From Ferruginibacter sp. (GTDB lineage Bacteria > Bacteroidota > Bacteroidia > Chitinophagales > Chitinophagaceae): a DNA stretch of 64,000 bases. The notes beneath the pieces were generated by a model. It had not been told where the DNA came from. It saw only the letters and a list, made by a program, of their open reading frames with translations, and made no database searches. Position numbers and translations under genes: made by a program. Positions 1 to 9,036 of the stretch are shown piece by piece. Where the stretch lies: NCBI GenBank assembly GCA_030157685.1, contig JAOAUI010000361.1:13802-77801 (forward strand), given 5' to 3'. Positions within the stretch are counted from its first letter, which is position 1; the number at the start of each line of letters is the position of its first letter.

Positions 1-1374
1 CATTTTTTCATCCTCATAAAGCGGGTTTCCAAAATAATCAATGTTGATCTTTGGGCCCTCCGGGGATGAGGCAGGAAACTGTTTAACACCGGAAAGATCA
101 GCAGATAATATCCATACCTTGTCATCACTATTGCAAAAAAGCAGGTAGTTACCCTTATTGTCTTTTACAATGCAGTTGAAAGACTTTGGCAGGCTGTCGC
201 CGGGTATTGTTCTGATATGTTTAACCAGGCGTTGCAAGGTATCGAACACCAGCAATCCATTGCCTGAAGTACCCGCCAGTATCCTGTTGTTTTTTTTATC
301 CGGAAGAATACTGAGTATGTTATTATTATCATCTTTTTTTAAAGTGCCGTAATACCTCACCGGATAATTATTCCTGATTATTTTTTTGATCCCTGTTGTA
401 ACGGTGGCCAGGCAAAGATTGCCGAAATTATCTTCTACCAATCTTGCAATAGTACCCTTGCCGCCAACCGGTTCGTTTTGAAGGTTCACCAGTTCGGCTC
501 CCAGTGCAAATTTTACTGTATCAAATTCGTACAGATGGTCGTTAAAGCTGATAAGGGTTTTCTTCTGCCAGGGTAAAATGTTACAACGGCCAAAGCTCAG
601 ATCATCCTTGCCCTTTATGATTATTGTTCTGCTGGCCTTTGTGTTAAAATCATAAAGCTTCAGGGCATTATTCGTGATATAGTCATAATATAGTACTTCG
701 TGGGCCGATTTCATCCGTAAAAAAAATGGTGAGAGCAATTTAATGGGTACAGATTGAGCTGTTAATTGATTCTTCTTTAGGTCCCAGCAATAGAGCGTAT
801 CCTTTATTGCAATGGCAATCTTATGGTCAATGATATTGCTGCTTAAAGACGGATGGAAATCGGATCTGGATGCATAATCGGGCAGCCCGGTTTTTGTATT
901 GCTGCTTACCGTAAACCCCCGCAGGTTGATGCCGGTAATATTGCCTTCTGCCGTGTATAAATAAACAACCTGCTCATCCTCTCCAATAAATTGTGCCGCT
1001 TTCTTTACACCTGCAAATGAATACACCAGAATAAACCGGTTGCTGTTTATCTCGTATTTACTGATGCCCTGCGAATGGCTGATGAGCAGGTCGCCATTAC
1101 TGCAACGGAAGAGTTTTACAAATTTGTCATCGGGCAGTCCGGGTTGAATGGGCACCAGGTTAAACTCCCTTCCATCAAATTTTTGAATGCCGTTTGGAAA
1201 ACTTATCCAGCAAAAATTGTTTCTGTCATAAGCAATATCTCCTATAGTGCTTTGTAACAGCCCTTCATTTACACTGTAGCTGAAAGTGTTGAAACGCTCA
1301 ATACTTTGCGCCCCTGCAGTAATCCCAGCAAGAAGCAAATAAGCAGAAGCAAATATGATTGTACAGTATTTCAA
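1..1374 (-). CDS. N-terminal beta-propeller sensor region of a probable two-component sensor kinase (partial, runs off window start; absent from ORF track)
   Basis: Manual translation from TTG at 1374: MKYCTIIFASAYLLLAGITAGAQSIERFNTFSYSVNEGLLQSTIGDIAYDRNNFCWISFPNGIQKFDGREF. Signal peptide plus Reg_prop-like start. Spot checks show the same frame open down to position 1; the kinase domain would lie outside the window. Confidence 0.7.
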   Translation of the reverse strand, partial: MKYCTIIFASAYLLLAGITAGAQSIERFNTFSYSVNEGLLQSTIGDIAYDRNNFCWISFPNGIQKFDGREFNLVPIQPGLPDDKFVKLFRCSNGDLLISHSQGISKYEINSNRFILVYSFAGVKKAAQFIGEDEQVVYLYTAEGNITGINLRGFTVSSNTKTGLPDYASRSDFHPSLSSNIIDHKIAIAIKDTLYCWDLKKNQLTAQSVPIKLLSPFFLRMKSAHEVLYYDYITNNALKLYDFNTKASRTIIIKGKDDLSFGRCNILPWQKKTLISFNDHLYEFDTVKFALGAELVNLQNEPVGGKGTIARLVEDNFGNLCLATVTTGIKKIIRNNYPVRYYGTLKKDDNNNILSILPDKKNNRILAGTSGNGLLVFDTLQRLVKHIRTIPGDSLPKSFNCIVKDNKGNYLLFCNSDDKVWILSADLSGVKQFPASSPEGPKINIDYFGNPLYEDEKM

Positions 1375-1432
1375 CTAGTAAGCAGCAGGTTTTGTATACA
1401 TCAAATTACGTATTCCTTACCAAACATGGCAC

Positions 1433-1448
1433 TAATCCAAATGGATTA
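1433..1448. promoter_or_regulatory. 7-2-7 inverted heptamer, candidate response-regulator operator
   Basis: TAATCCA-AA-TGGATTA, a perfect inverted repeat in the divergent gap between the sensor gene and the FG-GAP gene. Confidence 0.45.
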
Positions 1449-1539
1449 TTGGTCAGCTGCTCCCAATAGTATTTATTTAGTGGTTAAATCTCATCCTGTG
1501 TAAAGCCCTGTGTTCATTTTTTCACAAAAACAGGTGTGA

Positions 1540-4500
1540 ATGTTTAAACTATTTACCCTTGCGGCGGCTGTAGCTGTTTTGCCGGTTTCTCAACAGGTAC
1601 AAACTCATTTTGTATTAGAACAACCTGCAGAAAAGCAGTTGTATATTTTTCCCTATAAAAACACCATTACCACCAACCCCTTTGAGCCACAAAAAGAACC
1701 ATCAGAACCCTGGAGCCAAAGCTGGATGGCAACCGCACAGGAAAACATCCGCAAAAGCGAATACCATTTTACATGGGAAGAAAAACTAAAAGCTTACTGC
1801 ACACCCAACCGAAAAAACAACCTGCGTTTTTTTTATTATGATAAAGGATTTGCCGTGGAGCCGGGCAGGACTAAGATACCGGTTGATAAGGTTGATAAGT
1901 TGACAAGGCCGGAGGATATTAAGTACAGAAACCTCCCTAACTGGAAAGTAAATTTCAGCCTGGATAAAAAGCAGGTACCCAATGGTAAATGGCAAATCGT
2001 AAACAACAAGGCTGAATACATAACCGAAAAAATAACCGTACAATACATTAACAATGATGAGGGCATGCGGCAGAATTTTATTGTGCAGTCGCCTTTATCA
2101 AATGATGATGAACTTAAAATAAATTTCAGCATAAAAACAAAACTAAAAACTTATTTACACGGCAATCAGTTGCAGTTTTTTCATAAAAAAACAAATGTGC
2201 TTAATTATGAGCAGTTGAAGGTTTGGGATGCGGAAGGAAAACCTTTGGAAGCATCAATTAAAAGAAGTAAAAGAAATAAATTTTACATACACGTAAATAC
2301 AAGAGATGCTGTTTACCCTATTACTATTGATCCTTTAAGCACAACACCGAATAGTACGCTTGACGATGCTAACCAGGCAGGTGCAAATTTTGGGCAGTCA
2401 GTTTCATCTGCCGGTGATGTAAATGGCGATGGATATAGCGATGTGATTATTGGAGCACCAGGTTATGATGATGGGGCAAACAGTGGTGAAGGCCGTGCCT
2501 TTGTTTATCATGGAAGTGCTACTGGTTTAAGTGCCAGCCCCAACAGTACGCCTGATGATGCTAACCAGGCAAATGTGGCTTTTGGAAGCGGCGTATCTAC
2601 GGCAGGCGATGTTAATGGCGACGGATATAGTGATGTAATTATTGGAGCGCCTTTTTATGATGATGGGGCAATTTTAGAGGAGGGTGTTGCTTTTGTATAT
2701 CATGGAAGTGCAGCCGGGCTATCAGCATCGCCCAACAGTAAGCTTGATGATGCAAATGAGATGGCTGCTGATTTTGGCTATTGTGTAGCCAGTGCCGGAG
2801 ATGTAAATGGTGATGGTTATAGCGATGTGATTGTGGGCAGGTCTTTTACAGCTTTTTCCCCAAGTACCGAAGGTTATGCTTTTGTCTATCACGGCTCGGC
2901 TTCGGGCCTTAGTGCCACCCCCAACAGCATTTTAGATGATGCCAATCAAACCGGTGCCTGGCTTGGCCGTAGTGTTGCCAGTGCTGGTGATGTTAATGGT
3001 GATGGATATAGCGATGTGATTGTAGGCGCCCCCAGTTATGATGATGGGGCTAATAATGTGGAAGGCCGTGCTTTTGTATATCACGGCTCGGCTTCAGGCC
3101 TTAGCGCTACACCCAACAGTGTTCTCGATGATGCAAATCAGGCAGGAGCAGAATTTGGTTACAGTGTTTCAAGTGCTGGTGATGTTAATGGTGATGGATA
3201 TAGTGATGTAATTATTGGAGCCTGGTTTTATGATGATGGGGCTAATAGCAGTGAAGGCAGGGCTTTTGTTTATTATGGTTCTGCTTCGGGGCTTAGTACG
3301 GCACCCAATACCACGTTAGATAATACCAACCAGGCCAATGCAAATTTTGGAATAAGTGTTGCCAGTTGCGGCGATGTAAATGGAGATGGATATGGTGATG
3401 TGATTATCGGGTCGCCTCATATAATGTGTGGAGCTGCATTTAATTCAGGTCTTAGCTTTGTTTATTATGGCTCTTCAACAGGGTTAGCTACCATACAAGG
3501 TATTTGTGTTGGTTTAGGTTCGGGCTCACTATTTGGTAATTCGGTAGCTAGTGCCGGTGATGTAAATGGTGATGGGTACAGCGATGTGATTATTGGGGCG
3601 CAAGGTTATGATGATGGCGCAAACACCGATGAAGGCCGTGCCTATGTTTACCACGGCTCGGCCGCAGGTTTATCCACCACACCAAACAACACGCAGGATG
3701 ATGCAAACCAGGCTAATGCAAATTTTGGATACTCGGTTGCCACTGCAGGTGATGTAAATGCAGATGGTTACAGCGATGTGATCATTGGCGCAAGCAGTTA
3801 TGACGATGGTGCAAACGCAGATGAAGGCCGTGCATTTGTTTATCACGGTTCGGCAACCGGTTTATCTGCAACTCCGAATAATACGCAGGATGATGCAAAC
3901 CAGGCCGGCGCAGGTTTTGGTATTTCGGTTAGTGCAGCGGGTGATGTAAACGGAGATGGGTATAGCGATGTGATTATTGGTGCAAGTGGTTATGATAATG
4001 GTGCAAACTCAAATGAAGGCCGGGCTTTCATTTATCATGGCTCTGCTTCGGGTCTGGGTGCAAGCCCTGTAAGTACTCCTGATGATGCTAACCAGGCAAA
4101 CAGTAATTTTGGTGTTTCGGTAGCAGATGCAGGCGATTTGAATGGCGATGGGTACGGCGATGTGATCGTTGGTGCCAGCGGTTATGATGATGGTGCAAAT
4201 ACTGATGAAGGCCGGGCCTTTGTTTATCACGGTTCGGCTTCGGGCATATCGGCTACACCAAATAGCACACCTGATGATGCCAACCAGGCTTCGGCTTCAT
4301 TCGGCTTCTCTGTTGCCGGTGCAAGAGATGTGAATGGAGATGGATATTGTGATGTGGTCATCGGTGCATACCAGTATGATGATGGAGCGAATGCCAATGA
4401 GGGCCGGGCTTTTGTTTATCACGGTTCGGCCACGGGCATTTCGGCAGCACCCAATACCACTCCGGATGATGCCAACCAGGCGGGTGCCTGCTTTGGTGTT

Positions 4501-5955
4501 GCTGTTTCTTCGGCGGGAGATGTAAATGGCGATGGATACAGTGATGTGATCATTGGTGTGTACCTGTACGATGATGGGGCAAATACCGATGAGGGCAGGG
4601 CATATATTTATCATGGCTCGGCAACTGGTTTATCGGCCACGCCCAATAATACACAGGATGATGCCAACCAGGCCGGGGCAAATTTTGGTATCTCTGTTTC
4701 CACCGCAGGTGATGTAAATGGCGATGGATACAGCGATGTAATCATCGGTGCTTCTCAATACGATGACGGTGCCAACACCAATGAAGGCAGGGCATATATT
4801 TATTATGGCTCTTCAACCGGTTTGGCGGCTAGCCCCAGCAGCACTATTGATGATGCCAACCAGGCAAATACACTATTGGCAAATTCTGCTTCTTCGGCCG
4901 GTGATGTAAATGGTGATGGATACAGCGATGTAATTGTAGGGGCAAATGGATATGACGATGGGGCAAATACCAATGAAGGCCGGGCTTTTGTTTACAATGG
5001 AAATGAATTTACCACTAACAAACGCAATAACCTGCGGCTCTACAATACCAACCTTACCACACCCATCAACAGCAGTAATTTTATACTGGGCAATTTTGGC
5101 ATCGGGCTTTTTGCAAAATCTTTCCTGGGCCGCAACAGGGGTAAAATGGTTTGGCAAACCAGGCTTAGCCAGAATGCTTATAGCGGCAACCCAATTACCA
5201 ACAGTGTTTTATTCACCGGCCAGGAAGCTGCTTATAGCAATCTGGGCACAGCCGGTTTGGAGTTGAAAGAAGTGATCAGTAAATTAAATGGTGCCGGTAA
5301 ATATACCAAGGTACGGGCAAGGGTTAAATATAATCCTGCGCTGGCTATTACAGGCCAGGTGTATGGCCCCTGGCGCTATGTATCTTCTGTTATTGACGGA
5401 AATAATTTAGGTGCTCTGCCTGTTGAATTAATTTCTTTTAAGGCCGCCTGGAAAGAAAAAGGTAAAACAGCAAAAATTGATTTTACAACCGATAAAGAAA
5501 GCGGCATCTGTTGTTTTGATATTGAAAAAAGTACCGACGGTTTTACTTTTACAAGCATTGGTTCAATCCCAGCAAAAAACACATCGGCTATTCAGCAATA
5601 CAGTTTTGTTGATAACGATGCAAAAAACAAAAACCAATTTTACCGCTTAAAAATAAAAGGCGAAACCGGTAAGGTTGAGTACAGCAATATTCAGCAGCTA
5701 CAAAACAACAGTGCAACAGAAATTCTGGTTTTTCCAAACCCAACAACTGATGTGTTGCAATTGCAACTGAATAAAGTTTTTGGTAAAATGAATGCTCAGG
5801 TTGTAAACAGTGCCGGGCAAATTGTAAAACAACTTCGACTTTCTGCAACTAATCAAACTATAACAATTCCCGTACAAAATTTAGCGGCAGGTAAATACTG
5901 GCTGCAGTTGCAAAGCGGCGATGAAAAACAGGTGCTGCAGTTTGTGAAGCAGTAA
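1540..5955 (+). CDS. FG-GAP (integrin-alpha-like) repeat protein with T9SS type A C-terminal sorting domain
   Basis: 14 repeats of GDVNGDGYSDVIIGA...EGRAFVYHG; LPVELISF linker; C-terminal VFPNPT...GKYWLQ...FVKQ. Confidence 0.9.
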   Translation: MFKLFTLAAAVAVLPVSQQVQTHFVLEQPAEKQLYIFPYKNTITTNPFEPQKEPSEPWSQSWMATAQENIRKSEYHFTWEEKLKAYCTPNRKNNLRFFYYDKGFAVEPGRTKIPVDKVDKLTRPEDIKYRNLPNWKVNFSLDKKQVPNGKWQIVNNKAEYITEKITVQYINNDEGMRQNFIVQSPLSNDDELKINFSIKTKLKTYLHGNQLQFFHKKTNVLNYEQLKVWDAEGKPLEASIKRSKRNKFYIHVNTRDAVYPITIDPLSTTPNSTLDDANQAGANFGQSVSSAGDVNGDGYSDVIIGAPGYDDGANSGEGRAFVYHGSATGLSASPNSTPDDANQANVAFGSGVSTAGDVNGDGYSDVIIGAPFYDDGAILEEGVAFVYHGSAAGLSASPNSKLDDANEMAADFGYCVASAGDVNGDGYSDVIVGRSFTAFSPSTEGYAFVYHGSASGLSATPNSILDDANQTGAWLGRSVASAGDVNGDGYSDVIVGAPSYDDGANNVEGRAFVYHGSASGLSATPNSVLDDANQAGAEFGYSVSSAGDVNGDGYSDVIIGAWFYDDGANSSEGRAFVYYGSASGLSTAPNTTLDNTNQANANFGISVASCGDVNGDGYGDVIIGSPHIMCGAAFNSGLSFVYYGSSTGLATIQGICVGLGSGSLFGNSVASAGDVNGDGYSDVIIGAQGYDDGANTDEGRAYVYHGSAAGLSTTPNNTQDDANQANANFGYSVATAGDVNADGYSDVIIGASSYDDGANADEGRAFVYHGSATGLSATPNNTQDDANQAGAGFGISVSAAGDVNGDGYSDVIIGASGYDNGANSNEGRAFIYHGSASGLGASPVSTPDDANQANSNFGVSVADAGDLNGDGYGDVIVGASGYDDGANTDEGRAFVYHGSASGISATPNSTPDDANQASASFGFSVAGARDVNGDGYCDVVIGAYQYDDGANANEGRAFVYHGSATGISAAPNTTPDDANQAGACFGVAVSSAGDVNGDGYSDVIIGVYLYDDGANTDEGRAYIYHGSATGLSATPNNTQDDANQAGANFGISVSTAGDVNGDGYSDVIIGASQYDDGANTNEGRAYIYYGSSTGLAASPSSTIDDANQANTLLANSASSAGDVNGDGYSDVIVGANGYDDGANTNEGRAFVYNGNEFTTNKRNNLRLYNTNLTTPINSSNFILGNFGIGLFAKSFLGRNRGKMVWQTRLSQNAYSGNPITNSVLFTGQEAAYSNLGTAGLELKEVISKLNGAGKYTKVRARVKYNPALAITGQVYGPWRYVSSVIDGNNLGALPVELISFKAAWKEKGKTAKIDFTTDKESGICCFDIEKSTDGFTFTSIGSIPAKNTSAIQQYSFVDNDAKNKNQFYRLKIKGETGKVEYSNIQQLQNNSATEILVFPNPTTDVLQLQLNKVFGKMNAQVVNSAGQIVKQLRLSATNQTITIPVQNLAAGKYWLQLQSGDEKQVLQFVKQ

Positions 5956-5993
5956 AACATCTATAAGTCTAAACCAAAACTGCTGTTATGCAC

Positions 5994-6034
5994 TTATAGG
6001 GAAGTTATAGGGAAGTTATAGGGAAGTTATAGGG
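5994..6034. repeat. 11-bp tandem repeat TTATAGGGAAG x3.7
   Basis: Exact units at 5994, 6005 and 6016, partial unit at 6027. Confidence 0.95.
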
Positions 6035-6171
6035 GATTGACGCCGTAGTAACTCCATAGTAAATGGCTGGTGTCTCCTTCTTTACTGGCACCAAACACCC
6101 TGTATACCCCTGGTTTATATTACCCACGGAACAGCCACACTGATATTCTTTGCCATCCCCTCTTAAATTTT

Positions 6172-6179
6172 TACTTTTG
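6172..6179 (+). promoter_or_regulatory. Bacteroidota -7 promoter element
   Basis: TACTTTTG matches TAnnTTTG, 17 bp before the ATG at 6197. Confidence 0.6.
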
Positions 6180-6196
6180 CTGCTTAACTACAACTT

Positions 6197-7462
6197 ATGG
6201 GTAATCTTAAATTGAGTGTACTGGCCGAAACTTTGCAGGCTTCTGAAATTGTGCGCCTTGGGGCAACCATCAAGGAAAAAATGAAGCAGGGAGCAAAAAT
6301 TTATAATTATACCATTGGCGATTTTGATTCCAGCATATTTCCCATACCAGCTGAGCTTGAAGCAGAGATCATTGATGCATATAAAAACGGTTTTACCACC
6401 TATCCTGCGGCAGAAGGTAATCTTGATCTGAGGGAAGCGGTAGCTTCTTTTATGGCAACCAGGTGCGACCTGCATTATGCTACCAGTGAAATTTTAATTG
6501 CTGCCGGTGGCAGGCCGCTGATATATGCTTTGTACAGGGCCATTGTTGATAAAAGCGATAAAGTAATTTACCCGGCACCCAGCTGGAACAACAACCACTA
6601 TGTTCATTTCACGGAGGGTGAACACATTATGCTGGAAGCAGAAAAAGAAAATAATTTTATGCTTACGGCTGCACAAATTGCACCACATATTAAAGGGGCC
6701 ACATTACTTTCATTGTGTTCTCCGTTAAACCCAACCGGAACCACTTTTACCAAAGAAGAGTTAAGTGCCATTTGTAACCTGGTAATTGAAGAAAACAAAA
6801 CACGGGCTGATGGCGAGAAAAAACTATACCTGATGTACGACCAGATTTACTGGACACTTACTTTTGGCAATACCGTTCATTACAATCCCGTTACACTTAA
6901 CCCGGCAATGAAAGAGTTTACCATTTTTATTGATGGCATCAGCAAGGCTTTTGCTGCAACAGGTGTACGTGTTGGATGGGCAATGGGGCCGGCGGAAGTT
7001 ATTGCAAAAATGCGTTCTATTAACAGCCATGTAGGTGCCTGGGCACCCATGGCAGAACAAAAAGCCGTTGCGAATTACCTGGGTAAAACAGCTGCAATTG
7101 ATAAATACTTTGTTCATTTTAAGGCAGAAGTAAATGAGCGCTTACAAAATATTTTTGCCGGTTTTAAGCAAATGAAAGCTGCCGGTTTTAATGTTGATGC
7201 CGTTGCGCCGGAAGCCGCCATCTATCTTACCATACAAATAGATTACGTTGGTAAAAAAACTGCCGATGGAAAATTACTGGAAACACAGGCCGATGTTACC
7301 TCTTATGTTTTAGATGAAGCAAGGCTGGCAGTTGTTCCTTTTTATGCATTTGGCGCAGGCCGCAACAGCAGCTGGTACAGGCTTAGTGTGGGCACCTGCA
7401 AAAAAGAAGAAATTGGAGAAATGTTGGATGCTTTGAAAAGTGCTTTGGAAAAATTGAGTTAG
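6197..7462 (+). CDS. PLP-dependent aminotransferase class I/II (aspartate aminotransferase-like)
   Basis: SPLNPTG, DQIY, DGISKAFAATGVRVGW (PLP lysine). Confidence 0.9.
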   Translation: MGNLKLSVLAETLQASEIVRLGATIKEKMKQGAKIYNYTIGDFDSSIFPIPAELEAEIIDAYKNGFTTYPAAEGNLDLREAVASFMATRCDLHYATSEILIAAGGRPLIYALYRAIVDKSDKVIYPAPSWNNNHYVHFTEGEHIMLEAEKENNFMLTAAQIAPHIKGATLLSLCSPLNPTGTTFTKEELSAICNLVIEENKTRADGEKKLYLMYDQIYWTLTFGNTVHYNPVTLNPAMKEFTIFIDGISKAFAATGVRVGWAMGPAEVIAKMRSINSHVGAWAPMAEQKAVANYLGKTAAIDKYFVHFKAEVNERLQNIFAGFKQMKAAGFNVDAVAPEAAIYLTIQIDYVGKKTADGKLLETQADVTSYVLDEARLAVVPFYAFGAGRNSSWYRLSVGTCKKEEIGEMLDALKSALEKLS

Positions 7463-7471
7463 AGCTTGCGA

Positions 7472-7720
7472 TCAGTTCTTACAATTCAAAAAAACAAAGG
7501 GCTTTAATTCACGCTGGCGGAAAAGTTTTTGAAGCAGGAGGGGTTTGTTGCTTACTTTATATTTATTCAGGTCTATTACTTCGTGTGCAATAACTAAATT
7601 TTCTATTCGCTCTATTCCATACAACAACTGATGAAGCAATTCAACTTCATGTTCAATGGATTGGGGAGTCATCAGCTCCTGATTGAACAAAACCAGCAAA
7701 TCCCGGTTTGAATTGTTCAT
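7472..7720 (-). CDS. Hypothetical protein, 82 aa
   Basis: ATG-started ORF fitting the gap, convergent with the aminotransferase; no recognised motif. Confidence 0.65.
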   Translation of the reverse strand: MNNSNRDLLVLFNQELMTPQSIEHEVELLHQLLYGIERIENLVIAHEVIDLNKYKVSNKPLLLQKLFRQRELKPFVFLNCKN

Positions 7721-7743
7721 AGCTTCTGTTGATTAAATAGTTA

Positions 7744-7872
7744 CTATCTATTGCCATAACCCACGAATCCTTCGCATCCGCAATGGCTCTTTTTTGAAGA
7801 AGCACAGCCGGGTGCCAGTACAACGGTGGCTACTATTAATAGCGCTAATGTTATTTTACTTAGTTGTTTCAT
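7744..7872 (-). CDS. Small lipoprotein, 42 aa (below ORF-track cutoff)
   Basis: Manual translation MKQLSKITLALLIVATVVLAPGCASSKKSHCGCEGFVGYGNR*; basic N-region, hydrophobic core, lipobox-like APGC. Confidence 0.7.
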   Translation of the reverse strand: MKQLSKITLALLIVATVVLAPGCASSKKSHCGCEGFVGYGNR

Positions 7873-7923
7873 AATTTCAGGTTACCAAATTAAACTATTT
7901 TCACAAACAATTATTGCATTGTT

Positions 7924-9036
7924 TTGATAAAAGCAGAAAATTTTAACATCCCGGACCACAAACCCCGCATTTTAATTGCCCCGCTCGACTGGGGCCTGGG
8001 ACATGCAACCCGTTGCATTCCAATTATCTCTGCTTTAATACAACAAGGTTCTACTGTTATTGTTGCCGCCGAAGGCCGGATGAAAGCTTTATTACAAAAA
8101 GAATTCCCGGATATACAGTTTATTGAATTAAAAGGCTACCGAATACAATACAGCCGTTCCGCATTCTGGATGCCTGTGAAGCTGCTGTTTCAGTTGCCGA
8201 AAATTTTCTTCCGCATTTATGCAGAAAACCAATGGCTGAAAAATGCAGTAAAAGAGTACAGCATTAATGCTATCATCTCTGATAACCGCATGGGTTTATT
8301 CCACAACAAAATTCCGGCTGTTTATATTACCCATCAATTAACCATAAAAACGGACAGTCATTTTACAGAAAGCATTGCACAAAAAATTCATTACCATTAT
8401 ATAAATAAATTCAGCGCCTGCTGGGTGCCCGATGTTAAAGGAGAACCGAATCTTGCAGGAGCATTATCACATCCGATAATCTTGCCAAAAGCTACAGTAA
8501 CATATATTGGCCCTTTATCCAGATTTGAAAAAAAAGACGTTGAAAGCAAATACGATCTCTGCATCATCTTATCGGGGCCCGAGCCGCAAAGAACAGTTTT
8601 TGAAAAAATCATTTTGCAGGATCTGCATAAGGTTAAAGGAAAAGTTTGCCTGGTTCGTGGAATTCCGGGCGAAACGGAAGAGCTTCAGTTAAATAATTCA
8701 TCAATCGAAATTAAAAATCATATTGCTGGTAATGAATTAAACAACGTTATTCTGCAATCAAAAATGATTATAAGCCGTTGCGGTTATTCAACTGTAATGG
8801 ATTTGGTGAAGCTGCAAAAAAAAGCAATCCTGGTACCCACTCCCGGTCAGACAGAACAGGAATACCTGGGCAGGTATTTACAGGCACAAAAAATATTTTA
8901 TTGTGTTGATCAAAATAGTTTTTCATTGCCAGAGGCTTTAAAAAGCGCTGCTGCTTTTGAGTTCAACACATCTACAGTAAGTGTGAATGACTATAAAAAT
9001 GTAGTAGAAATTTTTGTTGCAACTCTCAAGCTTTAA
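7924..9036 (+). CDS. GT-B glycosyltransferase (GT28 C-terminal-like)
   Basis: LDWGLGHATRC, SRCGYSTVMD, PTPGQTEQEY. Confidence 0.85.
   Translation: MIKAENFNIPDHKPRILIAPLDWGLGHATRCIPIISALIQQGSTVIVAAEGRMKALLQKEFPDIQFIELKGYRIQYSRSAFWMPVKLLFQLPKIFFRIYAENQWLKNAVKEYSINAIISDNRMGLFHNKIPAVYITHQLTIKTDSHFTESIAQKIHYHYINKFSACWVPDVKGEPNLAGALSHPIILPKATVTYIGPLSRFEKKDVESKYDLCIILSGPEPQRTVFEKIILQDLHKVKGKVCLVRGIPGETEELQLNNSSIEIKNHIAGNELNNVILQSKMIISRCGYSTVMDLVKLQKKAILVPTPGQTEQEYLGRYLQAQKIFYCVDQNSFSLPEALKSAAAFEFNTSTVSVNDYKNVVEIFVATLKL

Noticed and set aside
2340-5000. Near-identical DNA repeats in the FG-GAP gene as DGR VR/TR or CRISPR
   Set aside because: These are in-frame coding repeats with mostly third-position differences; no adenine-specific pattern and no unique spacers
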